Positions 28,080-43,000 of a stretch of DNA of 64,000 bases are shown in pieces (position 1 is the first letter of the stretch; the number at the start of each line of letters is the position of its first letter). The stretch comes from Adineta vaga. Lineage: Eukaryota; Animalia; Rotifera. Made by a program: the position numbers and the translations under genes. Where the stretch lies: contig CP075492.1 in the NCBI GenBank assembly GCA_021613535.1, forward strand, positions 12,090,001-12,154,000, given 5' to 3'. The notes under the pieces are model-generated. The model saw nothing but the letters and a program-made list of their open reading frames with translations, did not search any database and was not told the DNA's origin.

Positions 28080-30737
28080 GATCGATTGAAGAGAAGGAGA
28101 AAAAAAAAGGAACTAATTTCGTATATATTGATTCTCGCGATGGAAAAGTCTTGTCCAATAGATAATATCAAATAATAATGGACAAATACACAGACACGTT
28201 CTCTCGAATAGAAACGATAGAAAGAACGAGAGCACAAGAACAACAAACCACTCGTCGAAAATGTATTCTGGAAAAAAACGAAGGAAAAGAAAAGAAAGAA
28301 AGAAAGAAAGAGAGTCAGATAGACAGCGACCGAGCGACCGAGCAAGCAAATGCGCGAAAAAATCAGATAACATGCAGTTTACTCGTATGTAAGTATGTGT
28401 ATGTGTACTTCAAAAGAACGAACAAGACGTGAAAAAAGAAAAAAAAGAAACGGAAACAACGATGCACTACTACTCCGAGTCATATATACACCATGAACGA
28501 GCGTCGAACAATTCTTCCTTTTCTTTCTATTCCCTAATGCTATTGTTCGTCAAAGATTCTCTTATTTCTCGTTTTTTTTCCTTCTTCTATTCGGTCTGTC
28601 TATGGTATGATGTTGTGGTAGTTCAGTTCTACTATCTTCTTTTTTCTCTCTTTCTTCATCGACTTAATTGTTAGATCTAGATGAGTGGCGAAGAACGCAT
28701 GTCTAATAGTACCATATACGTGCTTATAACTAGCTTCGTTTATTTTATAAAACATACATTAAGTGATAAAATCAAGAATAGATGTTCTTAATTTTGAAGA
28801 AAAAGGGAGAAAAGGATGTAAACACTACTCACTCCATCAAAGTTCTTGATAATGGAGTACGTTCCACTTTTAATTGTTGACGAAGATTTTCGACTTGTTT
28901 CTGTACTGTAATTGTATCCATGGATTGAATGAAGTTAAAATTTCAATTGTTGTAAAAATATGAAAACAAATAAATGCGAACAGTGTTGAACACTTTTTCG
29001 GTACTTTATCGCATCTAAAATAATAATAAGAAGAAAAAGATTTTAATAAAAAAATGAAATCAATCTATTTTATTGACTCTTTAGCTCGAGAAGAAAAAAC
29101 TTACCTCTGTCTATCTCTCTCCTTCCTACATCTGTTAAGTCAATAACTGAAAAAATATATGCGCAGTTCAACTTATGTCACACTATTAAATACTTAACTT
29201 ATTGATAATTTTTTTCATCAAGAAATACGATGAATATGAATTTTATTGTTTAACATTTCTCATATCGTTTTATTCTATCTCAAAAATCACCAAACAATTT
29301 TCAATACATCTAACTATGTCACACATGCAAACATCAATGGAAAATAAAAAGTTGTCATAATGTTGTGCGCAAAAGAAGACAAGAAAAAATGAGAACGAAA
29401 GAAGAAAAGAAGAAGAAGAGAGAAAAGAAGCCGAAAATGATTTTTTTTTCTAAACCCATACAACGGTGCACCGTTACTCAAAGAAAATGAGAGAATGAGT
29501 GACAAAGTAAGAACGAGACATGAACTAACATTTCTCTCTTTACTTGTATGTGTAGGTTAACCGAAGAAAGTCACGAGAATGGTTGAATGCATTGTCAGTA
29601 AAGTATCCTTCTCGCTCTCTTTTCTTTTCTTTTCTTTCTCATTTTTTTTTCTTCACACACAAGTATAATACACTCGAAAAACTAGCCTTTATTAAATTAG
29701 AAAAACTCAATATGAATTGTTCTTTTTTCTGTTAATCACAAAACGACATTTGCTTATCCGATCAGCAATATGGCGTTCTCTCGATTGATTAAGTCTAATA
29801 TTAAATTATGTTCAGAGACGAGAAAAATGAATGTATACCATGATGTTTAACTATTTTTTTTTCTGAAAAGTGTCAGAAACAGGCATGTACTTGTTTTTCA
29901 TCGTTTTATTTCAATCGGAAGGAAGAAAAACAGTATTGAGTGAAGAAAAGATGATGATTTGGTGAAATAGAAATAACAATTGATTCTTTTATCAAAAGAT
30001 TCTCATGTATTCTCGACGAAATACATTAGTGAATGGTTTGAATAGATTTACATAGAAGAAACCGATTGAGACAAGGAAATCGGTAATCAGTCTCGACTTG
30101 ATCAAGTATACCATTAAGTCTAAGTACTATTCGTTAGTTCATTTCCTAGAATATTGAATTCAGAGAAAAGAATTTTTTATTATTACCCCCTCTCTCTCTC
30201 TCTCTCTTCTTCGTATCGAAAAGTCAAGTAATATCGACAAGTACTAATTCTATAATCAAGATCTTATATGCGAAGACATGAGTTTCGAGAATGATCATAT
30301 ATTTCCGGTGTCATGTACTAATAAAACTATAGTCTCTTTTCTATTATAAAAATTAATCTTGTCATAAACATCCAATAATAACCATTTATCATTTCTTCGA
30401 TTTGACAAATAACATTGATATAGAATTAAGAGATTTAATATTAATGTTTTTCTTCGTTTCATGAATATATATATATATGTATTTGAACAATAAAACACGC
30501 AATTATATTTCAACATACAATAAAAAAAAAGAAAGCAAAATGAGAAACTTAACGAACACGAAGGAAAGAAAATGTAAATCAAAAGATTCTTTATAATAAT
30601 TTTTATTATTATTATTCTTATTTGAAGCAAAAGTTAATTACAAGAATCATTCGAAATAATTCACAATTACAAACACATACAACAAGACATAACACAAAGC
30701 AGACTGAGAAAAAGAAATCGAAAGCAGGATTAAAAAG

Positions 30738-33700
30738 TTAACTGTGTATGGCAGGTGATTGATTATTTGTACCATTGAGACAATGAAGTTCGTTAATGTT
30801 AGGTGCTTGACGAACTTTAACCGATATTGGTCTTGGTGGTTTGGGCGGTGGAGGAGGCGGAGCAGTTGTTTTTTTACTTGATTTAGGAGATACTCGGGGA
30901 GGTGATTGATCGTGAGCATTGGACGAAACTGTTATTGATGATTCAATTTCAACTGAAAAGATGGAATTTTTCTTATAGGAGAAAGAGTTATGAGAAATAG
31001 TATTACCTTTCATTGGAGTCGAATGAAATGTAGGAAGATCGTTAGTAATATTTACCGAATTGATATCTATAGCTGAATCAGAATTTGTACTAAAACCACT
31101 GTTATTGCCAATCTGATCAGATTTTACTGTTGTGATCGATACAGGTTCTTCAAGTTCAATTTTACTCTAGAGAAAAATAAATTGAAGTATATGATTTGAG
31201 TTGAATTTTCTACTATTAAGATTTGAAAAGATTTTACGATGAATTTGTGAATTACTTACTTCAGCATTTTGTGTTACAGGTGTCAATGATGAAATCGAAT
31301 CTTTTGATGGTGTTTCATTTGAAATAAGATTTCTCTGTATGCTGATTTGTCTAGATGATTTATCAACTGTTGATCTTAAAATTGTTTTACGTTGAAGTTT
31401 ATCATAAGAGATTGTCATAGAGTAAAAGAAATTCATCTGTGGTGAAAATGATACTTCAGATAATTCTGATGATGATTGTAAATAAAAAGCATGTGCATAA
31501 GGTGTAAATTGAAAACTGGATAAAGCGGTGATATCGGTCGGTTTTATGCAGTTGAATAATATTTGACGACGAAGTGTTGGCAATGTATATATACTTATTT
31601 GACCCATGTTATCCAAACAAACAAGACAAGATTCAGAATGAGATTCATTGGGATTATCTAAATTAATTCAGTTAAAAAATTATGGTTTTTTGGAAACTTT
31701 TCTTTAAGTGAAATTAGACGGTAATCAATTTGTTTTGATATTCACCTGTTTTCAATGTAAATTGATTGATATTAACTTTTCGTACTCGTGTTCCTTCTGT
31801 TGCTGTTAATTTATATTTACATACTGGTTTTAAATGTGGTAATGTAAATATCTAAGTGAAATACAATTGATTAAGATTTTCACAAACAAACAAAACAATT
31901 ATGTTTACCTTAAATTGTTCTTCCGAACAGATCAGTACTTTATGTGCATTAACGTTTTCACTATTTGCTACTGCCGTTGCTGATACATCGGAAGTTTGAG
32001 ATGTTGATTCTTCCATTGGAATATTTGATCCTTGTCCTATAGATTGATTGGAATTATCTAATACAGCAATACTTAACACAGGTGCTTTATGTTTCAAACG
32101 AATTTCTTTAGCTAAAAAGAATTTAAATATGAATTCATTAATGAATGAGTGTCATGGTTTACCTAATGAACAAGTATTTGTTTGATCAGTTGCAATAGAT
32201 ACTTGATTATTTGATGGAGATTCTAAGCCAATGATTGAATAAACAAAAACATGTCCACCATTAGTTCCAATCCATAATGAACGTGTACGATCGTTAACTG
32301 AAAGAAATGGATCGTGTTAAAAGACAGAAATATCTTCATCTTTTCTTTGAAAAACTTTACCACTATTCAAATATGTTTTGGCAAAATATAAACATCGAAC
32401 CATACTTAATATTTGATCGTCATTTTGTTTAAATTCTCGAAATTCTACTTGACGTTCGACAGGTACACGTGTGATTTCTTCTAAGTGCATATTCGTTGGT
32501 GATAATGGACTATTTTCATCAATACGTTGTGTTGTTGGTATCATTGTAGATTTTTTCGTTGTTCGTCCTTTACGAAAACGTCGAAAGGATTCGCGAAGTG
32601 ATTTTTTTAATGACCGTCCTCGAATTAAAGTTGAATGTCCAATTGATGATGGAATATGTGATGATGTGTTTCCTAACGCATTTGGATCAAGTGTACATTT
32701 AGCAGTGAGAATTCGATTGTGTTGATAACCGATGAGTGCAAAACCATGAGCTGTACCAACAGCATAACTTAAAAGAGAACGAAATTTATAATGAATCAAA
32801 GTTCAAGAAGATACTATACCTTTGAATATCCGAACATAGAGCTAATGCTGAAACAGCAGCTGGCGGATAAAGTTGAATCGATGAAGTAACGAAAAAGCCT
32901 GATGAGACAAATGTTGATTTTGTTTTCATTTCTTCATGTCCTTTCCATACGAAACTTTCACAACCTTCGAGTAAATTCACGGTTGTCATCTGAAGGAAGA
33001 AAGAATAGATTTATATCTGTATAGTTTTATTGAAGAAAAAGTTCCATTTACAGTGACATTGACATCAATAGGTTCAGCAGTGAATTGAAATGTAAGAACT
33101 TGTCCAGCTGTTCCAGCAACAACAAGCGTATCAGTATGAGTACATAATGCTAGTTTTTGTATAGCTAAACGAGGATCATCACAATATGGATCATAGATGC
33201 CAGTCTATAAAATAAATATACAGTTATAATGATATGTTGAAGGAAAATATCAGTACATTCAATGATATAGTTATCTGTTGTGTCTTTATAAGTTTTCTTC
33301 TCTTTGAACTTATAGTAGTACTAGCTAGGCTTCTTTGAATCCTCAAAAGTTACAGTTAAAAGCAGTACCAAACAAAATTTATAGTCTTCTCTTTTAAACG
33401 TCGTCTACCTAAATTTCACAGGTCACTTCAACTAACCTTTTTGAATGGTGGCCATGTTTCTTCGTCAACTTCATCATTTGGTGCTTGTTCAACTTGAAAA
33501 TAATCACTTGTTTTTAATTTATAAACCAATGGCATAGAAATATTCGTTACATCCCAGAATTGTACAGATCCATCTTCATGTCTAATCAAACGAAAGAAAA
33601 TATCACATTTTCAAAGTTCTGTTTTTTATTCCCACTCTATTCCAATGAACTTACCCAGTGAGTAAGAGGTTCTTCTGTTGTGATTCATTATCACGATGAT

Positions 33701-35308
33701 TTATTTCTCCACCTGTTATCGGCCATTTCTAGTTGCAAAATAAGTAGGTGGATAAGATTGTCGAAAAGAAAAAGAAAAAGAAAAAGTTGTTGTTTTTTTT
33801 CACATACTCGATCTGAATAATCTTCAAATTGTATGGATGCATAATTGACAAGTTTCTTATAAAATTCTTGATTTACATTGCATACTAATGTTGTACATAT
33901 AACAGGTGAAGCATGAATACTATTTAAATAAGGCATATGATATAAAGGCCACGAATCAGTAATTAGATCGATGACAATGACTTCTTCATTTAATAAAATA
34001 ACAAGTGCTTCTGGATCATCACGTGCTAAAATAAAATGTTAAAAATGAAAAGTTTTTTTTCTATCCTATCAGCGATAAACATGTTCATACCTCTATCAAT
34101 TGTGAAAAAATCTATCACTTGTGTAGTAAAATCAAATGCCACATGTTTTGTTCGTTCGGAATTATGCTCATTTTCATACAAACAACTAATACTATGTTTA
34201 TTCGCATAACTTGAACGAGGTAAACCACCGGCAAATATAATTAAAGGATCACCACTAAATATTGTAAACGAAAAAGCATGTCTCTCAATCGAGTAAAGAG
34301 GTTTTCAACTATTACTTTCGTAAAACTTTCACACAAATTTTTGTCATTGATGTACATGGATAAGGTCCATATGGAGTCTTTTCAATTTCTACAATATTCA
34401 ATTGTTGTTTTGCATCCCATAATGCATAACTTCCATTACTATGACAAGTTGCAAAATTCATTCCTTGATTATACCAACAAACTGATTCCACTTCTTGTTT
34501 ATAGATATAAGTTCTATCATGACTATTCAATGGTAAATCCCAATGAACAATTAATTTATTCTTATAACCAATTAGAATTTTATCATCATTTGTTGGATGT
34601 TGAACAATCGATTGTACTGCACCGGGATGAATCACTCGTCCACTGCAATATTCAACAATTCTGGAAGAAAAAGTATCAAATTCATTTCTGAAAATAATTT
34701 TTTTCTTTCTCATTATTTACGTTTCTCAATAATTTCTGTTGGTATAACAGGAATTGTATTCAATGAAAATGTTTCAATATTAAATGAATAAATATTTCCA
34801 TTAGTTACACCGATTAAAAGATCAGAATTATTTCTTAATAAACAATAAAGTTTGAGTAGTTTTCAAGATGATTTCATCATCTTCATTCGATGTACAGATT
34901 CGATCAATTCGTAATGTTGTCGAATTATTAATTTCAAGTAAATGTAAATAACCATCGAATGTTAATATCAACAATCGAGCAAGATTATTCAAAAATAAAA
35001 TCTTTCGTATTGATGTTGTTTCAAGACTATATGATAATTGAAAACCAGCTTGTCCATAACTATAACAAGAAGAAATATTGATCAAGATTGTAAAAATCAA
35101 AAAAAAATCAATTTATTGTTTACATTCGAATATCTCCTGTATGTGTTCCAATGGCAATTAATTTCAATTGCGAATCATAGGCAATAGCAGATGGTCGAGA
35201 AGGAAAACCTCGATCACCAAGTTTATTGAAAGCAAATAATTCTTTTTGAAGTCGGCGTCGTGTTTCATTTTCTTCAGGTTGTTTACGACCAAGTTTAAAT
35301 CTGAACAT
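30738..35308 (-). CDS. LLGL: Lethal(2) giant larvae homolog (WD40 polarity protein), multi-exon
   Basis: N-terminus RRRLQKELFAFNK..GFPSRPSAIAYD, PYLNSIHASPV, WPPFKK/TGIYDPYCDDPRL and the aPKC site RSLKKSLRESFRRFRK. No C-terminal R-SNARE, so Lgl rather than tomosyn. Confidence 0.92.
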
Positions 35309-36461
35309 CGTTTAACGATACTGAAAAAAAACAACAATAAAATGTTGATCGATCTGAAAGAGACGAAAAAGAAGAAGTAAAATTTACACGAATCATATTA
35401 CAAGTTAATTTGATAGTCTATCAAAACTAGTCGAACAGACGTTCTAATTAATGTCAATGGTAAAAAAAGCAAAACTATATGAATGTATGTATGTGAGTGT
35501 GTGTGTGTGTTTTTTATTCTCATATGTCTATCGACCAATATACTCCAAGGAAGATTGAGCCGGTCAAACGGTCATTCTATTCTTCCTTTTCCTTTCTTTA
35601 TTCGAGAGACAGCAGAAAGGCATTATAAATGTTGAGTTAAAGGGAGTACAATAAAAAAAAAGAAGGAATGAAAGAATACGAGTTCGACGCGTGCTTAGAT
35701 GATGTGTCATTGCACCTGATTAATCATCAAATGAAAAAAAACAAAACACACAATCTATGAATCTGATGAAATATACTTTCAAAATGTTGAGATATAAAAC
35801 TAATAATTATTTTTCTCATTTGCTTTGGATATCTCATGCATCAATTGATTGTTGAGATATTAAATTACTCTTATCCCAATAGATGAATATTGAAAAGAAA
35901 AACGACATTTGATTGAAAGATGATGTTTTTTTTCTTCTCTTTCTCTTTCTCTTCTCTAATATTCAATCGAGTAAAACTTTTACTGAGAGATAGATTAAAC
36001 TGATTTTGAACTCGATTTGTTTCATTGAAAAAATATCCAATTTTAATGGTTCATTGAAGATTCAAATAACATGATTGAATACACTATCTATTTAAAATCA
36101 GTCATACTCGATCTTTACTCAAATATAATTCTCTCACATTTTCATAGATATCGATATGATTTATTTCTACTCATCAAGATATCAAAATATGTGTTTTCAT
36201 AAAGTATCAATTTATGTCGGAAAGTAATACGATGTCTTTTATATGATTATCTAATCAATTCTAAGTAGAATTAGTGGTAGAATTCTCATCTCTCAATCAT
36301 AATCGATTTTTCTTGTTCATCTATAAGAAAAAGAAAACGGAATCAGACAAAAACAAGAAATAAAATTCTTTATAAATATATTTTCAAGAAGTACTGATAA
36401 GAAAAAGAAAAAGAACAAAGTAACAAAGTAAGAATGCAAATTTTGATTATAATGTCATCAA

Positions 36462-37597
36462 TCATTCTGTATTTCGACTAAAATGAAGAGAAATAAATGT
36501 CAACAATGCAAGGAAATGTAACGAAAACTTACAGAGTTGGTGCAAGACTCCAATCAGGTTGAACTTCTTTCGCTTTAAATTCGACAGCATCATTTGTTAC
36601 AATACAAACACGATACTAATCCAAGAGAAAGTATAGGTGTTCGAAAAGAAAGGAAAAAAATAACAACTTACACGAGCAAATGCTCGACAATCCCGATAAA
36701 AAAGTTGTTTAATAATACGATCCATCAATTGTTCAGCTTGATCTTTATTAAGTTGACTAGAATTTTCTAATATTGTACGAATCCAACCCTAAAAGATCCG
36801 ATTAGTAGAGTAAATTCAACAAGAATAATAATAATAATAATAAGACTTACTTGAGCTAAATGATTGGCAATACCAGTCATAATTAAAAATTCTTTATAAG
36901 CTGAACCTTTATCATTTACACGTCCAAGAAATCTGCAAATACATTCGTTTAACAAAATGTTGCGAAGAAATTTTCATTTTCATTTACGGTTCTTTATTTT
37001 CCATTCCAGCAACAATTACATTTGTTAATAATGGATTAAATTTTGTTCGTCGATGATACAGAAGTCTTGTACACCAAGCATAAAGTGCTAATGGCGTCAT
37101 TTCACCTCCATCTTCTTGAACAATATCTTCATCTCTTAAAAACCAACTTATCTATTATAATAAAAGAAACAAATGACTACTAACACTTTGGAATCAATCG
37201 CTTCTTTGATATAATCAGCATCCGATAAATCCCCACTAAGTGCAAGAATAGTTTTATCGTTAACTTGATGTATACGAGGAATATTGCGGTATTTTGCTAA
37301 TGAACCATACGAACCAAGAACATCTGCAGCTAAGATTACGCCATCTTTGAAGACAAATGCAGCAACTGATGAACCCGTCACAACAGGTGTTCTATTCAAA
37401 TAAAATTTTGTATAAAACAACAATTTTTTTCTTCAAAACAGTAAATAAACTTACACAGTACGTGTACGAATATTTCGTTCAGCTTCAGTTTCTAATGGAT
37501 CGATTGTATAATTTTTACTAGATGTATTTATATTAAAATCATCTTTGTCATTAATTGTATCCCAACATGGTTGGCATGGATGAAAACCACTAAACAT
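36462..37597 (-). CDS. PSMB4: Proteasome subunit beta type-4 (beta7), multi-exon
   Basis: RT/TPVVTGSSVAAFVFKDGVILAADVLGSYGSLAKY, WCTRLLYHRRTKFNPL, LFYRDCRA. Confidence 0.93.
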
Positions 37598-38155
37598 GTT
37601 TTTTTCTTCAAAATGAAATTCTATAAAATAAATCTTTTAAAATTAATAGTATATACATCAATGACAATGATGATAAAAAGTATGGTATTTCATTTATGCC
37701 ATTTAGTCGATTCTATGTATTATTCATTAACCTATACTATGCAAACATATTCAATCGATAATTGGTCCAGTTGTAAAGTATTTTACAGTAGATGTCATTA
37801 AACTCCATTGCTACTGTTTTCTCTGAAATCTATATTTGCTTATAAATCAATTGAGATCATGACAAAATTTAGCAACGTTTTCCAATAATATTAATTATTT
37901 TCTATGTGACAAGATGAGCAATGCTTATATAAACTTCACTGTGACTTACTTCATGTCACCGAGAGTGATATAATTTATATAAGAAACAAATTATGTTCTA
38001 CTAAAAATAAGGTACAAATATTTCTTGTTTAGTAAGATATAAAAAAAGACTAAGCGTTTGTTTTTATGTCTCGTATGTATTGGAACTTTTACGACGATTG
38101 CGATCTATGAAATGAAAATGATTAAAAAAGCCTTAACAAAATTTAATCATCAAAA

Positions 38156-39878
38156 CTAACTTGCATGATTAGGTGCTGTTGCTAAAGGTGCATAATCAGG
38201 ATTGCCTGTTCGAGGAAATCCTTGTTTTATGGCCATCGGTTCAGAATAACTAATACAAAGAAAAAGAAACCAGTCGTATTTCAAATGAGATATATTATTC
38301 TTCATACTTATTAACACCCGGTCGTTGTGTATATGGATGATCACCTGGTTGAATTGTTCTTGCAAATGGATCAGGATCGGACGATACGCTTTGTCCACCC
38401 ATTGTTTCATAGGAAATTCCTGAATTATTTCGATGACTGCTACTTCGATGATGAGTAGGTGTTAACACTCGATTGATACTTTCCTTGTCGGAATTATCAT
38501 CTGAAGTTAGAAAAAAAAATTATATGACAGATATGTTTTATTGTATATTTACCGGTAGATCGTTCAGTTCTTGTTGAAACACTATAATCGGAAGCTGTTG
38601 GACTATGTGGACGGAATGAACGTACTTCTGATTGATATGAATTGGATGAATATTGATTGTATGCATTTCGTGAAGGTGTCGTCGATGAATTGTATGCTTT
38701 TGATTCGGAGTTAGTATAAGATGAATCGCCAGAAGTTTGAGATGTTATTGGTAGCGGTACACTACTATAACTATTATTGTTGTTGTTGATACTAACTGGT
38801 AAATTAGCACCGCTATGGTATAAATCAAATTCTCGAGCAACACTTTCACCATTATCTATTGAAGAAAATGAGAAAGAAAAGTTTGAAAACGTAATAAAAG
38901 CTGTAAGTATATACTCAAGTCCTTGAAATTCACAAGATTTGATGGTATTGTTAGTTCGGGTCGACTATTTAATATATTCCGAGAAGGAGAATGTTGATTG
39001 AAAGAAGAACGCGTAGAAAATGAATGTCGAGTTGCATTATTATGTACCGGTAGTTGAGGACTATTTCTAACGGATGTTACTGTTCGAGTTGGAATATAAT
39101 CTGTAACTTCAAATAATCGCATTCCGCCTGTCATTTCATCGAAAATTTGAACATAACGTCGTTCCAAACGTTCTTTCGTTTGTGTTACAAATTGTTTTCC
39201 ATTACGTTCAACAATCGTTGGCCGTGATGTATATGATGCTAGTTGATTATTCTCTGTTCGTCGATGTTTATTTAAATTGATAACAGAACGACGTACGATC
39301 ACAGGATCAGTATTCATTGTTTGATTACGCTGTGATATATAAGATCTTGTAGAACCAGATCGACTTTGAATAATAGGTGATTCTTGTTCACGAATATACT
39401 CAAGGTTAGGAGAGAGATTCTGCGATTGAATAGACTATTAGTAAAGAAAGAATTGTGTAATACGAAATAGAATAAAAAGAATAACAAATTACTTCGTTTA
39501 TTGTCGGGTCAAAATTGATCGGAAGTAGTTGATTGACCGTGTCAAGGCCTTTTTCAGTCGATGTAGAGATTCGTACAGGATAAGGTATCTACTCAATCAG
39601 AAAATATTGATACAAAAAAGTAAAACGAAAACATACTGAAAGTGTTCCAGTAAGAGGTTGTTGTTCAACGTTAGATATGTCGAATTTAGAGAGACCAATC
39701 GGTTTTAATGGTTGTTTTGCAAGTGTACGATTGTAATCTTTGGTCGAACTGTCAAATATATATATACACCTGTATTTATTTGTTTATTTATTTTGACTTA
39801 ATATAAATCATATTTTCTTTTTGCCTATCTTTTATAAAGATTGACATTTATTATGACTTACCTGAATACCTTGCCCAT
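38156..39878 (-). CDS. Uncharacterised S/R/T-rich protein with N-terminal myristoylation motif, multi-exon
   Basis: Frame-consistent splicing gives MGKVFSSTKDYNR...RRYVQIFDEMTGGMRLFEVTDYIP...YAPLATAPNHAS*. No family recognised. Confidence 0.65.
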
Positions 39879-40067
39879 GTTTCATTCGTTTTTCTTCCTC
39901 AGAAAGAAAAAACTTTCGAGACACATGTAGTCTTCAATAAGTTTCGCTTCATTGATTTCTTCTCATTTAAATGATAAGGTTGACTATTATTAACGATACG
40001 CAGAAAAAAATCAAACTATATACAATACACAAGAAAAAGAAGAGAGAGAGAGACAGAAATGAGATGA

Positions 40068-43000
40068 CTACAAATCAGTAACGGAAGTACGCATTAATAT
40101 TGTTTGATTAAAGCGAGGATTATGAGAATTAGATATAACCGAATCTGTATCTGTACTTGATGATGAAAATGAATAACAACGACCATTTTGACGACGATCG
40201 ACGGATAGTAATGGGATGATACCACAAAAACGAGAATTTCCACCCGTAGATGATGAAGAACTTGATGATGCACTGGAAACAGCAGATGATGATGGAGTAC
40301 TTTGAATACGTGGAGGAGGATTTGGTTTTGGTTGTTTTTTATTGATTAATGAAGGTTTTTCATTTGTTGGTAATTCTTGAGAGAATGTTACTTTCGATGG
40401 TGATTTAAAAGATGATTGAAGACGAGGTTTACAATCATTTGTCGTTGACGGAGTTATTAAAGCTTGCCGAATAATATAAGATAATGATGGTGACGGACAA
40501 TTATTTGAGTCTGTTGAACAGATACTTGTTCGAGCACTGTGAGAATTCGTTAGACTTCGTGTATCTGAAAATCCATCGGTCTGAAAAAAATGAACATAAG
40601 ATGAAAGAGAAAAAGAGAAGAAAAAAAACGATTTATACTTGATCAGGAGATGATTTCGCATGTTTAAGATTTTCTAATTGCTGTTCATAGTACAAACGAC
40701 GTTTACGTGATTTCTCGGCTTTCTATGAAAAAGAAAAGATCAACATTTAATTGGAAGATTAAAGAAAATATCATCGTACTTCAATGGCTTTAAGTCTTCC
40801 TTCAGAATTCAATGTCACCGATTGAATTTCTTCTAATAAACTATTTCGATCGATCAATTTTTCGTTGATATGAAATGAGATTTTTCGTAATGGTTTATTA
40901 TCTTCATTGACAACCAATCTACAATATAAACAGAAAGTTAAACATCAATTTCGAAAAATAAACATACCGTTTTAGTTGATAGAGCATTGTAGTCAAGCGT
41001 TTACATTTTTTAATTGTATAATCAAGACGTTCGGGTTCTTCATTGAGAAATCTTTTCAAAATGTACAAAATATATGATCGAATTCATCATTTAAAAATGA
41101 AAATTTCGTATTCTTACTGTATTGTTGATGAATGATCAAATGCCGATAGTTTTTGTTGTAACATAGGAAAAGAAGCTACGTGAACGCGAAAGAAAATAAA
41201 TTCGAAGTTGTCATTGAAAACAAAAACCCTGAATTTTACCTTTCAAATCTACCAATGAACGACTAATGGTACTCAATATAAATGCAAAACTTTCAACGTC
41301 ATTGATTGTAACATAACATTGTTTTGATTTCACATCATTTTGTAATTCTTCTACTGATATTTCTAAATCTCTATTTGGAAGAGAAACGAAAATTATGAAT
41401 AAAGAATTTGTCGATTTAAAAGAGTATTCTTACTCAAGATCTTGATCAATTTTCGTACGATTTTGAAGATATGAATTAAATTCATTTTCAATAAATCGAT
41501 ATCTTTCACTATGAATTAATCGTTCCTTGATTGAAGAGAAGAAAAAGACATATTTTGTTTTCGATAAATAAAATTTCTTAATTTACTTGAATATTTCTAT
41601 TCGCTTTTTCTATTTCATTTTGAAAATTTTCTTGTAATGTTTGCTGCAAACGTCTTATGGATAATAGATCTTGACGTAATGTATGAGTTTTAATTTTTAG
41701 TTCATATAATTGTTGATGAAATGATTTATCATCAAAATCACGTAAGATCTTTGATTTCGTTGGTGTTGTCAATTGTTTTACTAGTTCAGTTAGAGATTCA
41801 AGTTGTTTTTCCATCATAGGAATTTTTGTACTAAAATTAAATGAACAGTTTTTATTCGTATTGAATAGAACGATTAATATTATCTTTGTTAGATTAATAA
41901 TTCTGGACATCGTAAATGTCCTGTTTAGTACATTTGACTTCCTTATATTTATCCATAAATCAATCATTCTATTGTACAGACATTTTCCTTCCTTTAGCTA
42001 TTTCATCATTCGTTCGTTCGATTTCTTACCGAGCATCCTCATCATCAAATCGAGGCGTTGTTGAACCACTTCTTGGTGTTGATAAGATTCCTTTTAATGC
42101 TGTAAGAACAAAGATTATTCAATAAGATATAGATACGAATAGTTTTCTAACGAACCAGTTGGTGTTGTTTCTCGTCTTGGTTCACTACGAGAACGTGGAG
42201 AATTTTCATCCGAAGATCCATTTGTTGATGGTAAATGAGCTGAACGACTGCAACGCTGATAGATCATTTCTTCATTCATTGATGAATTTGATAATTGATC
42301 AGTTTCGGGTTCTTTAAATGAAACATGTTGTTTATGATTATTATTGTTATTATTATTCAATTGAAGAATCTTCAAAATTGAACGATCTTTTACATCACTA
42401 GACAGAACAAAGCAAAGTAAAATAGATTTCTTTTACAATCTCTCAAAATAGGATTGATTTACTTGACATCTTCTAATTGATAAAAAATGTCCTTGTCAGA
42501 TTCACGTATATAGATACGAATGTGATCAGTATCCATTTGTTTCATTGTTAAATGTTGTGGAAATGCTCTGAAATAAATATGGTAAAGAAAAGTCTTCTGA
42601 TAGAAGTGTCTTTTACCGAACAAATAATGCTTTGAGTGTATCCATACATGATATATTCGCTGGTAGAAGAACTTTTCTTGTTTCATTACCACAAATTAAA
42701 AAGCAGAGACCAAGTGAATTCGATTTTGATGAATTAACAGCGGGTTTAACGATAAAGGGAAGACTTGAACGTATTCGATGATTACGAACAAAACCTAATT
42801 AAACAAAAATTAAATGATCCTTTTCTCATTTTTTTTCTTCTCTCAAATAGCATACCATTAATGTTTTCTACGGGTAATTGATCATCTGTTGGATTAGTTG
42901 ATGATGAACGTTGATGGGATGAATTATGTCGTGGCTATGAAGAGATAATGAATGTTACATAAAGATGTAATTATTAATTTCTTTACCATTATAGGTGTCG

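Noticed and set aside
30738-35308. Tomosyn/STXBP5 call
   Set aside because: The N-terminus and SLKKSLRESFRR phospho-site are Lgl-type, and there is no C-terminal R-SNARE.
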